Of a stretch of DNA of 17,470 bases, positions 17,300 through 17,470 are shown piece after piece (positions within the stretch are counted from its first letter, which is position 1; each line of letters opens with the position of its first letter). A program made the position numbers and the translations under genes. The notes under the pieces are model-generated. The model was not told the origin of the DNA, did not search any database, and saw nothing but the letters and a program-made list of their open reading frames with translations. The stretch is from Candidatus Poribacteria bacterium (GTDB lineage Bacteria; Poribacteria; WGA-4E; UBA9662): contig JAYGDX010000067.1 of NCBI GenBank assembly GCA_046582655.1, positions 1-17,470 on the forward strand, in the 5' to 3' direction.

Positions 17300-17470
17300 G
17301 GGCAGCCATGATACATATAGTAATTCCCTAGGCATAAAAATGACAAAGATTGAGGCTGGAGGCGATGGTATCCTACTTATGCCGCCGCACCATTGGCTTA
17401 GGTTTGGACGTCCAAGTCAAACAGCGATAGGATTCTTTCAAGATGTTGCTGAAGCTGACACCCCAATTAT
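17292..17470 (+). pseudogene. Partial chimeric ORF: N-terminal codons of the FGE-fusion type joined in frame to an internal DHDPS-family fragment; runs off the window
   Basis: ATG at 17292 overlaps the sulfatase stop and reads MTKGSHDTYSNSLGIKMTKIEAG-GDGILLMPPHHWLRFGRPSQTAIGFFQDVAEADTPI with no stop; the second part resembles the AG.DG.L..PP...FF..VAEA.D.PI segment of DHDPS-family barrels. Confidence 0.65.
17308..17359 (+). repeat. Direct repeat copy 2 (52 bp)
   Basis: ATGATACATATAGTAATTCCCTAGGCATAAAAATGACAAAGATTGAGGCTGG; the single substitution vs copy 1 is synonymous (CTG/CTA). Confidence 0.95.

Noticed and set aside
13860..17359. Direct repeat as a CRISPR array or an att-flanked integrative element
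   Set aside because: Only two copies 3.4 kb apart, both coding; no cas, integrase or tRNA gene in the window

Overview
Gene-dense bacterial carbohydrate/acid-sugar catabolic region, most likely from Candidatus Poribacteria. That assignment is an inference from the secreted LamG protein with a C-terminal V-x-P-x-x-K-L-x-x-x-W-G-x-I-K motif plus the mix of PhyH, Gfo/Idh/MocA, sulfatase and FGE-fold genes. There are three modules. (A) Minus strand: aldo/keto reductase, Gfo/Idh/MocA oxidoreductase, NIF3-like protein, GH4 glycosidase and PhyH dioxygenase. (B) Divergent from A: DgoD-like dehydratase, a 640-aa GH42-like protein and a divergent DHDPS-family aldolase. (C) A SorC/DeoR-family regulator, triply broken and only partly shown in the ORF track, divergent from a NanA-like lyase, a PhyH enzyme with a halogenase-type HxA motif, an FGE-fold/Asp-box (sialidase-like) fusion, a sulfatase, and a chimeric ORF running off the window. 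Module C looks like an undescribed pathway for modified (sulfated and possibly otherwise substituted) nonulosonic acids. It shows several independent signs of decay or rearrangement: a pseudogenised regulator, an IR-bounded ~130 bp segment at the PhyH 3' end, and a 52-58 bp direct repeat that fuses an FGE N-terminus to a DHDPS-family fragment. No rRNA, tRNA, CRISPR array, transposase or transporter gene was recognised.
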